64,000 nt of DNA from Calditrichota bacterium (GCA_020637395.1 JACJWA010000001.1:1327228-1391227), one strand, 5' to 3'; counted from the first letter of the stretch, positions 38,394-47,026 are shown. Numbers and translations are program-made. The notes: generated by a model not told the origin, from the sequence alone.

Positions 38394-41246
38394 ATGAACA
38401 TGTTTTCTCTGCGCCCGATGCTTCTGATCCTCATGATGCTGACACTTGTTACCGCCGGGCGCGCTCAGGATTACGACACCCTCAGGGTTGCAACGTACAA
38501 CCTCCTGAACTATCCCGGGACAACTTCAAGCGCCCGGAATCCTGAATTCCGTAAGACTCTGCATGCTATGGACCCGGATATCCTGATCGTTCAGGAAATG
38601 ACGTCGAGCGCCGGTGTGGCTGAATTTTTGGGACAGGTTCTGAACTTCGGTCAGCCCGGAACTTACACGAATGCCCCATTTTCCAACGGTCCAGACACGG
38701 ACAATGCTCTCTATTACAAGCCCTCGCGCGTTTCGTTTTTGTCGCAAATTGTCCTAGAGACCGCCTTGCGTGATATCAACGGCTACGTGCTGCGTCCGGC
38801 AGGCGTCTCGTCGGATAGTCTGGACTTCCGTATCTACTCCGCTCACTTGAAGGCCTCGCAGGGCGAGGAAGCAGCGCGTTTCGCGGAAGCTGACACTCTG
38901 CGCAACCATCTCAATGCCTTGGGGCCCGGCTACTATATCTTCGGCGGCGATTTCAATCTCTATACCAGCTCGGAAGATGCCTATCAAGAGCTCATTGGCA
39001 GTCAAGCTGACAATGACGGAAGACTCTATGATCCGCTCGGGCAGCCCGGAAGTTGGCACGACAACTCGTCTTTCGCCGCCGTCCATACGCAGTCTCCGAG
39101 ATTGACCGATCTCGGTGACGGAGGCGCAACGGGCGGACTGGATGATCGCTTCGACTTTCTGCTCCCCTCCTTCCCGTTTCAAACTCTGCCGGGCTGGCGT
39201 GTTGTTCCCGGAAGCTACACGGAATACGGCAACGACGGCGCCCACTACGGTCAAGCTGTGAACAACGGGACTAATTTCGCCGTGCCTGACAGCATTGCGG
39301 ACGCGTTGCATGTCTCGTCCGATCACTTGCCGGTCTTCTTTGAGATCTATAGACAGATTACTCCTTCGCCGACGGTTTCCCTAATTGCACCGGACGGAGG
39401 AGAGTCCTTTGGCACAGGAGACACTCTGTCAGTTCAATGGTCCACGCAAAACTACTCCGGTACAGTCAGCATTTTTCTGAGCCGCAGCGGTGCGGGAGGT
39501 CCGTTTGAAACGCTGGTGGCCGGAACCGCAAACGACGGCTCCTTTGCCTGGATCACCGCAGGGGCTGCAACCAGCACGGCGCGCGTGAAAATTGTCCTGG
39601 ATGGCGCGCCGACGGTGACGGACATATCAGCCTCCGACTTTGCGATCACTTTGCGCGAGCTCTTGTTGTTGTCCCCGGTCGAGGCCGCCGAATATCCCAT
39701 TGGCGGGAATGTGGACATATTCTGGCAGGCGTCTGGAGTAACCGGCAATCTGAAACTCGAGTTACGGCGTTCTCCTGCAGCCGGCACTTGGGAGACTTTG
39801 TCGGCCTCCGTGCCCAACACAGGGTCGTATCTGTGGTTGGCGCAAGGCTCCGCCACTGACTCCGCCCGCGTCCGGCTTTCAAGTCTGACAACTCCTGGGC
39901 TTGCCGACACCTCGGGCATGTTCCGCTTGCTCCAACCGACTCTGACCCTCGTGCGTCCGAACGGAGGCGAGCTGTTCAGCAGCGGTGCAAACGAGCAGAT
40001 TCAGTGGACGCAGAGCGCCCTTACGGGTACAGTGACCCTCGAGGTCAATCGAAGCTATCCAGCGGGTGCGTGGGAAGTAATCGCTTCGAGCCTGCTAGCC
40101 GGAAGCTCCCCGTACATTTGGACGGTAACTGGGCCCGCTACGACCACCGCCAGAGTGCGCGTCCGATCAAACAGCCTGCCGCAAGTCGGTGATAGTTCCT
40201 CAAGCAACTTCACAATCCTGGTCAACAATATTCCTCCGGTGCTTGGGCATAATCCGGTCTGTGATTCCGAGCCGGGTCTTGTGAACTTCTTTGCCACGCT
40301 CAGCGACGACGGCGGGTTCGGATTGCCGTATTTGGTTTGGTCTAACGATTCATTTGTGACAAGAGACAGTACGATCATGTCTCACGTGTACGGGTCCGTC
40401 TATTCGGTTGCCAATCTCTTTGACGCGGGCTACTATGATTATTTCATCAGAGTAACGGACGCAGGGAATCTCACTTCAACCACAGACACATTGCGATTGC
40501 GCGTTGCAGACGAATGCGGTGTTCTGATTTCGTATGATGACTCGACTCCGGAATCTTACCAATGGAGCCCCACGGAGGGTTTCGCTTGGGCCGTTCGGTT
40601 CACGCCGCCTTCCACTCCGTTCGTTCTTTGCGCCGCAGACTACGCGGTTTCCAAGCTGCGTCCCGATACTCTCCACTCGCCCATGGTCGTTCGCGTCCTC
40701 GATGCGAATGGAATCGGCGGCTTGCCGGGCGACACGCTCGCGTCATTCTCTTCGGGTGTTCTGCCAAATCCATTGAGCGGCCAATACGGAACAAGTCCAG
40801 GATGGGGACAAACGGTTCTGCATGAGAGCGACACGGGATTGGTCGTTGTGTACGGCGACTTCTACGTTAGCGTTTCCGGTGACTCTGTCGCGTGGGGCCT
40901 GGACAGCAACGGAGTTGCCGTGCAAAGATCTGTGGTCTGGGATCCCTGCGAACTTTCCTGGCTACCGGAGTACGGGCTTGCTCCGACTTCAAGGGCTGGT
41001 CAACGGATGATTCGGGTGATCGGATGGCCTCTGCTTCCACCCGTACTGGTGATCTCAACCTCTGGTTCGGACGCCATCTTGAGATGGGAGTCTACGGGGG
41101 CGCCACACTACGTTATCTATAGATCGGCGAACCCGCAAGGGCCATTTGACGTGCCCTTGGCTGTGGTTTCGGAGACGAGCTATACGGACCCTGGCGTCAT
41201 CGGATCGCTGGGGATGGCCTTCTACGTGGTTCGGTCGTCTCAATAG
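38394..41246 (+). CDS. Secreted endonuclease/exonuclease/phosphatase (EEP) family protein with three PNGGE-type repeats and the Ig-like/beta-sandwich/FN3-like C-terminal cassette
   Basis: 950 aa. Signal peptide, then EEP motifs LRVATYNLLNYPG, ILIVQEM and SSDHLPVF. The C-terminal 340 aa are homologous to the C-terminus of the C25 protein at 3630..8756. Confidence 0.85.
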   Translation: MNMFSLRPMLLILMMLTLVTAGRAQDYDTLRVATYNLLNYPGTTSSARNPEFRKTLHAMDPDILIVQEMTSSAGVAEFLGQVLNFGQPGTYTNAPFSNGPDTDNALYYKPSRVSFLSQIVLETALRDINGYVLRPAGVSSDSLDFRIYSAHLKASQGEEAARFAEADTLRNHLNALGPGYYIFGGDFNLYTSSEDAYQELIGSQADNDGRLYDPLGQPGSWHDNSSFAAVHTQSPRLTDLGDGGATGGLDDRFDFLLPSFPFQTLPGWRVVPGSYTEYGNDGAHYGQAVNNGTNFAVPDSIADALHVSSDHLPVFFEIYRQITPSPTVSLIAPDGGESFGTGDTLSVQWSTQNYSGTVSIFLSRSGAGGPFETLVAGTANDGSFAWITAGAATSTARVKIVLDGAPTVTDISASDFAITLRELLLLSPVEAAEYPIGGNVDIFWQASGVTGNLKLELRRSPAAGTWETLSASVPNTGSYLWLAQGSATDSARVRLSSLTTPGLADTSGMFRLLQPTLTLVRPNGGELFSSGANEQIQWTQSALTGTVTLEVNRSYPAGAWEVIASSLLAGSSPYIWTVTGPATTTARVRVRSNSLPQVGDSSSSNFTILVNNIPPVLGHNPVCDSEPGLVNFFATLSDDGGFGLPYLVWSNDSFVTRDSTIMSHVYGSVYSVANLFDAGYYDYFIRVTDAGNLTSTTDTLRLRVADECGVLISYDDSTPESYQWSPTEGFAWAVRFTPPSTPFVLCAADYAVSKLRPDTLHSPMVVRVLDANGIGGLPGDTLASFSSGVLPNPLSGQYGTSPGWGQTVLHESDTGLVVVYGDFYVSVSGDSVAWGLDSNGVAVQRSVVWDPCELSWLPEYGLAPTSRAGQRMIRVIGWPLLPPVLVISTSGSDAILRWESTGAPHYVIYRSANPQGPFDVPLAVVSETSYTDPGVIGSLGMAFYVVRSSQ

Positions 41247-41322
41247 GCACTTGTTTTTGGCGCGGGGAATTCGTTAATTTGCTGGGTGTTCTGAGGTTGG
41301 ATCACATACAGAAGGCGCTAAA

Positions 41323-41481
41323 ATGCGGTTTGGTTGGACGGAAATCCTCTTGATTCTTGCGGTCGTCGTGCTTCTCTTTGGCGCCAAGCGCATTCCTGAG
41401 CTGATGCGGGGCATCGGCCAGGGCGCACGGGAATTCAAAGAAGGCATGCGTGGTGACGACGCAACCTCAAAGAAATCTTAG
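41323..41481 (+). CDS. tatA: Twin-arginine translocase subunit TatA/E (52 aa; below the ORF-track length cut-off)
   Basis: Translation by eye: [52 protein letters not shown]. This matches the TatA pattern of a TM helix, FG, K-basic, amphipathic helix and acidic tail. GAAGG lies 8 nt upstream. Confidence 0.85.
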   Translation: MRFGWTEILLILAVVVLLFGAKRIPELMRGIGQGAREFKEGMRGDDATSKKS

Positions 41482-41509
41482 CGTAGGAGCAGTTTCGGGT
41501 CATTTTGAC

Positions 41510-41538
41510 TTGACATCTGGTCTTGCGCTTGCTATATT
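41510..41538 (+). promoter_or_regulatory. Near-consensus sigma70 promoter of the MerR::REC gene
   Basis: TTGACA (41510..41515), exactly 17 nt, TATATT (41533..41538). The ATG is at 41568. Confidence 0.65.
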
Positions 41539-41558
41539 AGTAAATATACCTAATATAG
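41532..41558. promoter_or_regulatory. Perfect 9-bp inverted repeat overlapping the -10 element (candidate autoregulatory operator)
   Basis: CTATATTAG-N9-CTAATATAG. The left arm contains the -10 hexamer and the right arm covers the predicted transcription start region. Confidence 0.5.
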
Positions 41559-41567
41559 TGAGGCAAT

Positions 41568-42137
41568 ATGAGTGGTAAGGACGGCAAGTTCTACTCCTCC
41601 AAGGACGTTTGCGAGACTCTGCAGATCTCCAAGTCCACGCTTTTCAAGTGGGAGCGCGAGGGCCTGATCACAAAGGTCAGGCGGGATTGGCGCGGCTGGA
41701 GGCTCTACGATGAGCGGAATCTTGAAGAGATCCGCCAGAACATCGAGAAGCAGAAGGCCTCCGAGGCAAAACCACGTTCGTCATACGTCCTGGTTGTGGA
41801 TGATGACACCATGATTTTGCAGGTCATGTCCGACCTTTTGCACGCGGCGGGCTACGATGTGCTGACTGCTTCGACCGGTGAGGAAGCGGTGCTGATGCAT
41901 CAGGAGAAGCAGCCTGCCCTGACGTTTCTGGATGTCAAATTGCGCGGCAAGAGTGGCATTGACGTCTTCCGGGAAATCCGCACCGTGGATCCTCATGCGA
42001 TGATAGTCATCCTGACCGGCTATCCCAAGATCGAGGACACGGTTCAGGTGATCAAAGAGGGCGCCTACAATTACCTCACCAAGCCTATCAAGAGCGACGA
42101 GTTGCTTGAAATGGTGGCCGAGGTCCTCGGGCCATAG
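41568..42137 (+). CDS. Hybrid regulator: N-terminal MerR/excisionase-type HTH fused to a CheY-like receiver domain
   Basis: 189 aa. HTH segment YSSKDVCETLQISKSTLFKWEREGLI...WRLYDERNL. REC segment VLVVDDD...LTFLDVKL...ILTGY...LTKP, with all canonical receiver positions present. Confidence 0.8.
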   Translation: MSGKDGKFYSSKDVCETLQISKSTLFKWEREGLITKVRRDWRGWRLYDERNLEEIRQNIEKQKASEAKPRSSYVLVVDDDTMILQVMSDLLHAAGYDVLTASTGEEAVLMHQEKQPALTFLDVKLRGKSGIDVFREIRTVDPHAMIVILTGYPKIEDTVQVIKEGAYNYLTKPIKSDELLEMVAEVLGP

Positions 42138-42172
42138 TTTGCCCGGAAATTCAGCCTGTTTCGACGTACTTC

Positions 42173-42205
42173 CGGCCCCGCTGCTTCTGCTACGGGGCCG
42201 TTTTT
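42173..42205 (+). terminator. Rho-independent terminator after the MerR::REC gene
   Basis: 8-bp GC stem cggccccg / cggggccg, 12-nt loop, then ttttt. Confidence 0.8.
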
Positions 42206-42288
42206 GCCAAAAGCTGCGAAACCCGCATGTGTTTCAGGGAGTTTCAACTGGTGGGTCCCTGGTCCAGAATCCGCGAGGTCAATATTCC

Positions 42289-45200
42289 ATGTTCCGCAAC
42301 CTAAAGCTCATACTCATTCTTGCCTTGTTGCCGTTGGCCGCTCTGGCGCAAGGCTTTGGCAAGAACAAGGTGCAATATGTGGACTTTGATTGGAGATATA
42401 TCCAGTCGGAGCACTTTGACGTGTACTATGCCGAGGGACAGGAGCGGATTGCGGAGTTCACAGCTGAGACCGCAGAGCGAGCGCTCAAGCTCATTGAGTC
42501 GAGTTGGAACTACTCACTCGAGGGACGCGTCAAGTTCATCATCTATTCTTCCCATAACCGCTTCCAACAGACCAATGTGTCTCTATCCATTCAGGAAGAG
42601 TCCCTGGGGGGGTTCACCGAGTTTCTGAAGAACCGCGTCGTGCTGCCTTACACCGGAAATTACGAGGCGTTCCGGCACGTCATCCATCATGAGTTGGCTC
42701 ACGCCGTGAATCTCAGAATGTTTTACGGCTCAGGCTTCCAATCCATCTTGATCGGTGTTGCAACATCTGACATTCCGCTCTGGTTTTCCGAAGGACTTGC
42801 GGAGTACGAGTCCCGAGGCGGCTGGGACGTGGAAGCGGATATGTTCATGCGCGACGCCACCATCACGGGATACCTCCCGCCGATTGATTATCTCGGCGGC
42901 TACTTTGCCTACAAGGGCGGACAAGCCGTTTTCTACTACATGGACAGCCGCTACGGCAAGGAAAAGGTGGGCGAGTTCGTCAACAAAGTACGGGCTTCCC
43001 GCGAGGTTCCGCGCTCTTTGAAGGATGCCGTTGGGGTGAGCATGGATGACTTCAATCGCTCATGGCAGCAGTGGTTGAAGAAAATCTATTGGCCCGGTGT
43101 CGTGGACTTTGAAACTCCCGAAGACATCGCGGAACGCGTGACCAATCATCGGAAGATTCGAAACTACGTGAATAACGGCGCGGCGATCTCGCCCGACGGA
43201 CAAAAAATCGCGTATCTTTCCGATCGCTCCGACTATTTCGATGTGTGGCTTCACGATCTGGAGTCCGGCAAATCCCATAGACTGCTTCAAGGCGAGCGCA
43301 GCGGTGACTTTGAACAATTGAAGTGGCTCGATGCGCGCATGTCCTGGTCACCAGACGGCGAGTTCATCGTGTTTGCTTCCAAGTCCGGTGCCTATGACGC
43401 TATTAACATCCTGAACGTCGAGCGCCGGGACATCGTTCGGAGGTTTCGTCCAAAACTTGACGGCATCTTCAACCCCACCTGGTCACCAGACGGTAAGCGC
43501 ATTGCCTTTATCGGAATGAAGAGCGGCCAGTCTGATCTTTACTACTACGTTGTCGAGGATGAGACACTCGTTCAGGTGACCAATGATGTGTTCAGTGACG
43601 ATGATCCCGCTTGGGGTGCGGACTCGCAAACGCTCTTTTTTGCGTCCGACCGCAAGGACTCGCTTCGAATTTCAGGATATGATCCCGCGTTCAATATGTG
43701 GGAGTTTGACTATCAGACTTCTGACGTCTATCGCGTCGCTCTCGGATCCGATTCCTGCGAACGGCTTACACACAGCGAGTTTCGAGAGAAGAATCCAACC
43801 GTTTCGCCTGATGGCAAGTATCTTATCTACGTTTCAGATTCGACGGGACTCTCGAATTTGTACAGAATGGATCTGGAAACCGGCGAAAGCGTGGCAATCA
43901 CCAATGCCTCGACGGGATGTTTTCAGCCGAGCTATTCAGCCAAATCCAATCGGCTTGTATTCTCTTCATTTTACGAAGGCGGATATGACGTCTTTCTGAT
44001 CAAGTCGCCGGATATGATGCCCGCCAAGCAGCCCCCGTTGACTGCGTTCCGCAAGCACGGTTCTCCCGAGGTTCCGGAACCTGAAGCAGCGCAAACGGAG
44101 GCAGGATTCTCGGAAGGCATGGAATTGCGCGAAGGCTCACGCGAGTTCTCGCGCTACGTTTTCGCCGATGATATCGGCGGCGGTGGAGCACTGGAAGAAT
44201 CCATCAAGGAAGACACCACCAACACGCGCAAACCGGGCGGCGGTTTCTTCAGCAAGAAGTATCGCACCAAGTTCACGCCGGACTACGTGTATGCCACCGC
44301 TGCCTACAGTTCATTCTTTGGCGCGCAGGGCACCGGGCAGATCCTCTTCAGCGACGTGCTGGGAAACCAGCTGATTCTGCTGAATACCGATCTTTATTAC
44401 GACTTCAACAATCTGGACAATTCCAATTTCTCGGCGCAGTACTACTACCTCCCCAACCGGATCAACTACGGTGCCGGGCTGTTCAGGTATGTGTACTACC
44501 TTGACGCGGGAAACGTTCGCGATCAGACCCTGCAGTCGCAGATTGACCTGAGTTATCCGTTCTCAAAGTACACGAGAACTGAGCTGATCATCGGCGCGTA
44601 CGGTATTGACCGCGCGGAATGGCTGCCCGATGAATACGGATACTACGACTATCGAAAGACGGCAAGACGAAGAATCCTGCTTCCTGAGCTCGGCTATGTG
44701 CATGACACGGTGGTATGGGGCAGCACCGGACCTGTGAATGGAACACGCTACCGCGTCTCCGGTGCGTACAGTCCAAACTTACAGGCAGACCGAAAGAATC
44801 AAGAGGTCTGGAGTTCGGAGTTCTTCACCGCAAAAGGAGACATGCGGCAGTACTTCCGAATGGGCCGCGACTATTCATGGGCGTCACGCCTTACCGCGGG
44901 ACTCTCAGGCGGACCGGAACCACAGCGCTTCTTTATGGGCGGCGTCTCGAATTGGATCAATCGCAGATTTGAGAATGATGCGATTCCGACCGACGAGATC
45001 AACGACTTCTACTTCTCTTCTTTCGTCACTCCGTTTCGCGGCGGTGACTATTTTGAGAAACGCGGCACCGGCAACAGATACTTCCTGACCAACCAGGAAT
45101 TCAGATTCCCGGTCATTCGCTATCTGCAAATGGGCTGGCCGCTGCCATTGGCTTTGCAGGACGTGCGCGGCGCGCTCTTCGTGGACGCAGGCGCCGCTTG

Positions 45201-45396
45201 GTTCAACGATACGTTTCAGTTGACTTCAGTCGGCGAAGATGGAAAACGGCGGCTGCACGACCTGCAGACTGCCTATGGTTTTGGCTGGAGATCCAATCTT
45301 GGGTTTCTGCTGTTGCGCTGGGACGTGGCCTGGTCCACCGACGGCGTGGACACGTCGAAACCGCGATACTATTTCTCACTTGGAGCTGAGTACTGA
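42289..45396 (+). CDS. Outer-membrane fusion protein: Peptidase_MA-like HExxH domain + TolB/PD40 beta-propeller repeats + C-terminal Omp85 (surface antigen D15) beta-barrel
   Basis: Start taken at MFRNLKLILILALLPLAALAQG (signal peptide). HHELAH...WFSEGLAEY. Repeated SPDG..I.F/Y.S.R PD40 motifs. C-terminus ...YGFGWRSNLGFLLLRWDVAW...RYYFSLGAEY, with a terminal aromatic residue as in Omp85 barrels. The upstream part of the ORF (42106..42288) overlaps the previous gene and its terminator. Confidence 0.8.
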   Translation: MFRNLKLILILALLPLAALAQGFGKNKVQYVDFDWRYIQSEHFDVYYAEGQERIAEFTAETAERALKLIESSWNYSLEGRVKFIIYSSHNRFQQTNVSLSIQEESLGGFTEFLKNRVVLPYTGNYEAFRHVIHHELAHAVNLRMFYGSGFQSILIGVATSDIPLWFSEGLAEYESRGGWDVEADMFMRDATITGYLPPIDYLGGYFAYKGGQAVFYYMDSRYGKEKVGEFVNKVRASREVPRSLKDAVGVSMDDFNRSWQQWLKKIYWPGVVDFETPEDIAERVTNHRKIRNYVNNGAAISPDGQKIAYLSDRSDYFDVWLHDLESGKSHRLLQGERSGDFEQLKWLDARMSWSPDGEFIVFASKSGAYDAINILNVERRDIVRRFRPKLDGIFNPTWSPDGKRIAFIGMKSGQSDLYYYVVEDETLVQVTNDVFSDDDPAWGADSQTLFFASDRKDSLRISGYDPAFNMWEFDYQTSDVYRVALGSDSCERLTHSEFREKNPTVSPDGKYLIYVSDSTGLSNLYRMDLETGESVAITNASTGCFQPSYSAKSNRLVFSSFYEGGYDVFLIKSPDMMPAKQPPLTAFRKHGSPEVPEPEAAQTEAGFSEGMELREGSREFSRYVFADDIGGGGALEESIKEDTTNTRKPGGGFFSKKYRTKFTPDYVYATAAYSSFFGAQGTGQILFSDVLGNQLILLNTDLYYDFNNLDNSNFSAQYYYLPNRINYGAGLFRYVYYLDAGNVRDQTLQSQIDLSYPFSKYTRTELIIGAYGIDRAEWLPDEYGYYDYRKTARRRILLPELGYVHDTVVWGSTGPVNGTRYRVSGAYSPNLQADRKNQEVWSSEFFTAKGDMRQYFRMGRDYSWASRLTAGLSGGPEPQRFFMGGVSNWINRRFENDAIPTDEINDFYFSSFVTPFRGGDYFEKRGTGNRYFLTNQEFRFPVIRYLQMGWPLPLALQDVRGALFVDAGAAWFNDTFQLTSVGEDGKRRLHDLQTAYGFGWRSNLGFLLLRWDVAWSTDGVDTSKPRYYFSLGAEY

Positions 45397-45398
45397 TC

Positions 45399-46199
45399 GT
45401 GGCAAGATCCGGTTCTATTGAAGGTGTTCTGCTGGGCCCAATCTATCTGCTTGGCAGACGCTTTGTCGAGTTCGTGGCCGAGTTCGGCAGGTTCGGGATG
45501 ATGATGGGGCGCGTGGTGTCAGAAGTTGGCGACATCTTCAGACGACGAGACCTGTTCTTCAGAGAGTGTGTCCGATTAGGCACGGACAGTCTGCCGCTTG
45601 TGTTGGTAGTGGGCGTGTTCGCGGGCGCCGTCTCCGGATGGCAGCTTAGCTATCAGATGGAAGGCTATCTTCCGCGGGATCTCCTCGGCCCCGGCGTGTT
45701 CAAGAGCATTGTCCTTGAGATGGGCCCGGTCTTGACGGGGCTCGTCATCGCAGGACGCGTGGCCGCTTCGATTGCGGCAGAAATCGGCACCATGCGCGTC
45801 ACCGAGCAGATTGACGCACTTGAGTCCATGGCCATTTCGAGTACGCGTTACCTTGCCGTCCCTCGAATCGCCGCCATGACGATCATGATGCCGATTCTGG
45901 TCGTGCAGGCAAACTTCATCGCATTGATGGGCGCATGGTTCGTCACAACCATGTTTCTTTCGTTCACCACCGCGCAATTCTGGGGATTAGTGCCAAACTT
46001 TTTCCACGTTTATGACATCATTTCGGGACTCCTCAAATCCTGTTTCTTCGGCATGAGTTCCGCAATGATCGGGTGCTATGTCGGTTTTGATGCGTCCGGC
46101 GGCGCGGAAGGTGTTGGAACCGCGACCATCAAAGCATTCGTCTGGAGTTCGATTGCGCTGCTTGTGCTGGACTACATTCTTGCAATGATCCTGTTCTAA
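45399..46199 (+). CDS. mlaE: MlaE-family ABC transporter permease
   Basis: 266 aa with a GTG start 2 nt after the upstream stop. Multi-pass membrane protein with the MlaE-typical EIGTMRVTEQIDALE motif. Confidence 0.85.
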   Translation: MARSGSIEGVLLGPIYLLGRRFVEFVAEFGRFGMMMGRVVSEVGDIFRRRDLFFRECVRLGTDSLPLVLVVGVFAGAVSGWQLSYQMEGYLPRDLLGPGVFKSIVLEMGPVLTGLVIAGRVAASIAAEIGTMRVTEQIDALESMAISSTRYLAVPRIAAMTIMMPILVVQANFIALMGAWFVTTMFLSFTTAQFWGLVPNFFHVYDIISGLLKSCFFGMSSAMIGCYVGFDASGGAEGVGTATIKAFVWSSIALLVLDYILAMILF

Positions 46200-46951
46200 T
46201 GATTGAATCCAGAAATCTCAAGAAGAGCTTTGGGGAGAAGCAAGTTCTGCAGGGTGTGGACCTGACTATTCCCACTGCGGAATCTCTCGTGATCATCGGC
46301 CAATCCGGCTGCGGAAAGTCGGTTTTTCTGAAACACCTGGTCGGGCTGCTTGATCCCGATGAAGGCGAAGTGTATGTTGACGGGGACCGCATTTCCAACG
46401 CGGTACGTGCAGATGTCTATCGTATTCGCATGAAGTTCGGAGTGCTGTTTCAGAGCGCCGCGCTCTTCGACTCCATGACCGTCATGGATAACGTCTCGCT
46501 TGGACTGATTGAACACACTGATATGTCCCGGTCCGAGATTACGAAACGCGTGGCGGCGTGTCTCGAAATGGTCAGCCTGCCCGGCACGGAAAAGCTCAAG
46601 CCTTCAGAACTCTCCGGCGGCATGCGCAAACGCGTTGGTCTGGCTCGGGCGATTGCCATGAAGCCCAAGTACATCCTATATGATGAACCGACAACAGGAC
46701 TTGATCCGATCACGGCAGATTCGATCAACGATCTGATCATTTCGCTCAACGAAGAGTTGGACGTTACGACGATCGTCGTCACGCACGACATGGTTTCTGC
46801 CTTTAAGATCGCGGACAGAATCGTCATGCTCCATGAAGGCAAGGTTGTGTTCACGGGTACGCCTGCGGAAACCAAGAGTACGAAACTCGGCATTGTCCGC
46901 CGTTTCATAGAGGGTGAATCGGAAGATCAATCCGTCGTGACGCATTACTGA
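46199..46951 (+). CDS. mlaF: MlaF-like ABC transporter ATP-binding protein
   Basis: Walker A GQSGCGKSV, signature LSGGMRKRVGLARA and Walker B ILYDEPTTGLD. 1-nt overlap with mlaE. Confidence 0.88.
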   Translation: MIESRNLKKSFGEKQVLQGVDLTIPTAESLVIIGQSGCGKSVFLKHLVGLLDPDEGEVYVDGDRISNAVRADVYRIRMKFGVLFQSAALFDSMTVMDNVSLGLIEHTDMSRSEITKRVAACLEMVSLPGTEKLKPSELSGGMRKRVGLARAIAMKPKYILYDEPTTGLDPITADSINDLIISLNEELDVTTIVVTHDMVSAFKIADRIVMLHEGKVVFTGTPAETKSTKLGIVRRFIEGESEDQSVVTHY

Positions 46952-46976
46952 GACTTACACTACGACGCATATTGAA

Positions 46977-46998
46977 AGAGCCCCGCACGCGGGGCTCT
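46977..46998. terminator. Hairpin terminator between convergent mlaF and the MacB-type permease
   Basis: Stem agagcccc / ggggctct around gcacgc. T-tracts are weak on both strands. Confidence 0.5.
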
Positions 46999-47026
46999 TC
47001 TTACTCTATCGAATCAGCATCAGTTC

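Noticed and set aside
42106-42288. N-terminal 61-codon extension of the Omp85-fusion ORF.
   Set aside because: The extension overlaps the 3' end of the MerR::REC gene and runs through its rho-independent terminator (42173..42205). A canonical signal peptide begins at the ATG at 42289.
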